DNA of 36,001 bases from Octopus bimaculoides. Taxonomy: Eukaryota. Both the position numbers and the translations under genes were made by a program. Shown piece after piece: positions 35,771 through 36,001 of the stretch (positions are counted from its first letter, which is position 1; every line of letters starts with the position of its first letter). The stretch spans positions 52,031,822 to 52,067,822 of the forward strand of contig NC_068994.1 of the NCBI RefSeq assembly GCF_001194135.2, read 5' to 3'. The notes beneath the pieces are model-generated. The model did not search any database, was not told where the DNA came from, and saw nothing but the letters and a program-made list of their open reading frames with translations.

Positions 35771-36001
35771 TTATATATAAATACACACACATATACATAC
35801 ACACACTCATGTATCTATCTATCTGTCTATATACACACAGAGTGAAAAGATTTGATAAAAAAATTACCCACATTTTGAATTGTAGTGCAGAATATAAAAA
35901 GAAAGAATATGCAGAGAAATTATGTTGAATAATACATACATACATATATATTTGTGTAAATATATATATACATATATATTTAGGTATATATATATATATA
36001 T

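Overview
AT-rich, repeat-saturated, largely non-coding animal DNA from a draft assembly, with 13 N-gaps totalling about 5.2 kb, most of them flanked by microsatellites. The SINE and MITE families resemble those I recall from Octopus genomes, so an octopus origin is likely; this is recognition, not a database result. No complete protein-coding gene, tRNA, rRNA or CRISPR array is supportable, and the long ORF-track entries are microsatellite or N-gap artefacts. Supportable content: many tRNA-headed SINE copies of at least three families; a 533-bp internally deleted Tc1/mariner DDD element with intact TIRs and TA TSD; a pogo/Tigger-type MITE; a Penelope-like RT relic; a LINE 3' relic; a local duplication with a period of about 3 kb; and a few low-confidence candidate exons. 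The most striking signal is a 37-nt minimal type-I hammerhead-like fold with a non-canonical core (CUGUUGA+A) on the minus strand at 35697-35733, inside a Penelope-type terminal-repeat fragment. Next is a tail-to-tail inverted SINE pair at 3694-4074 that could form a long dsRNA hairpin.
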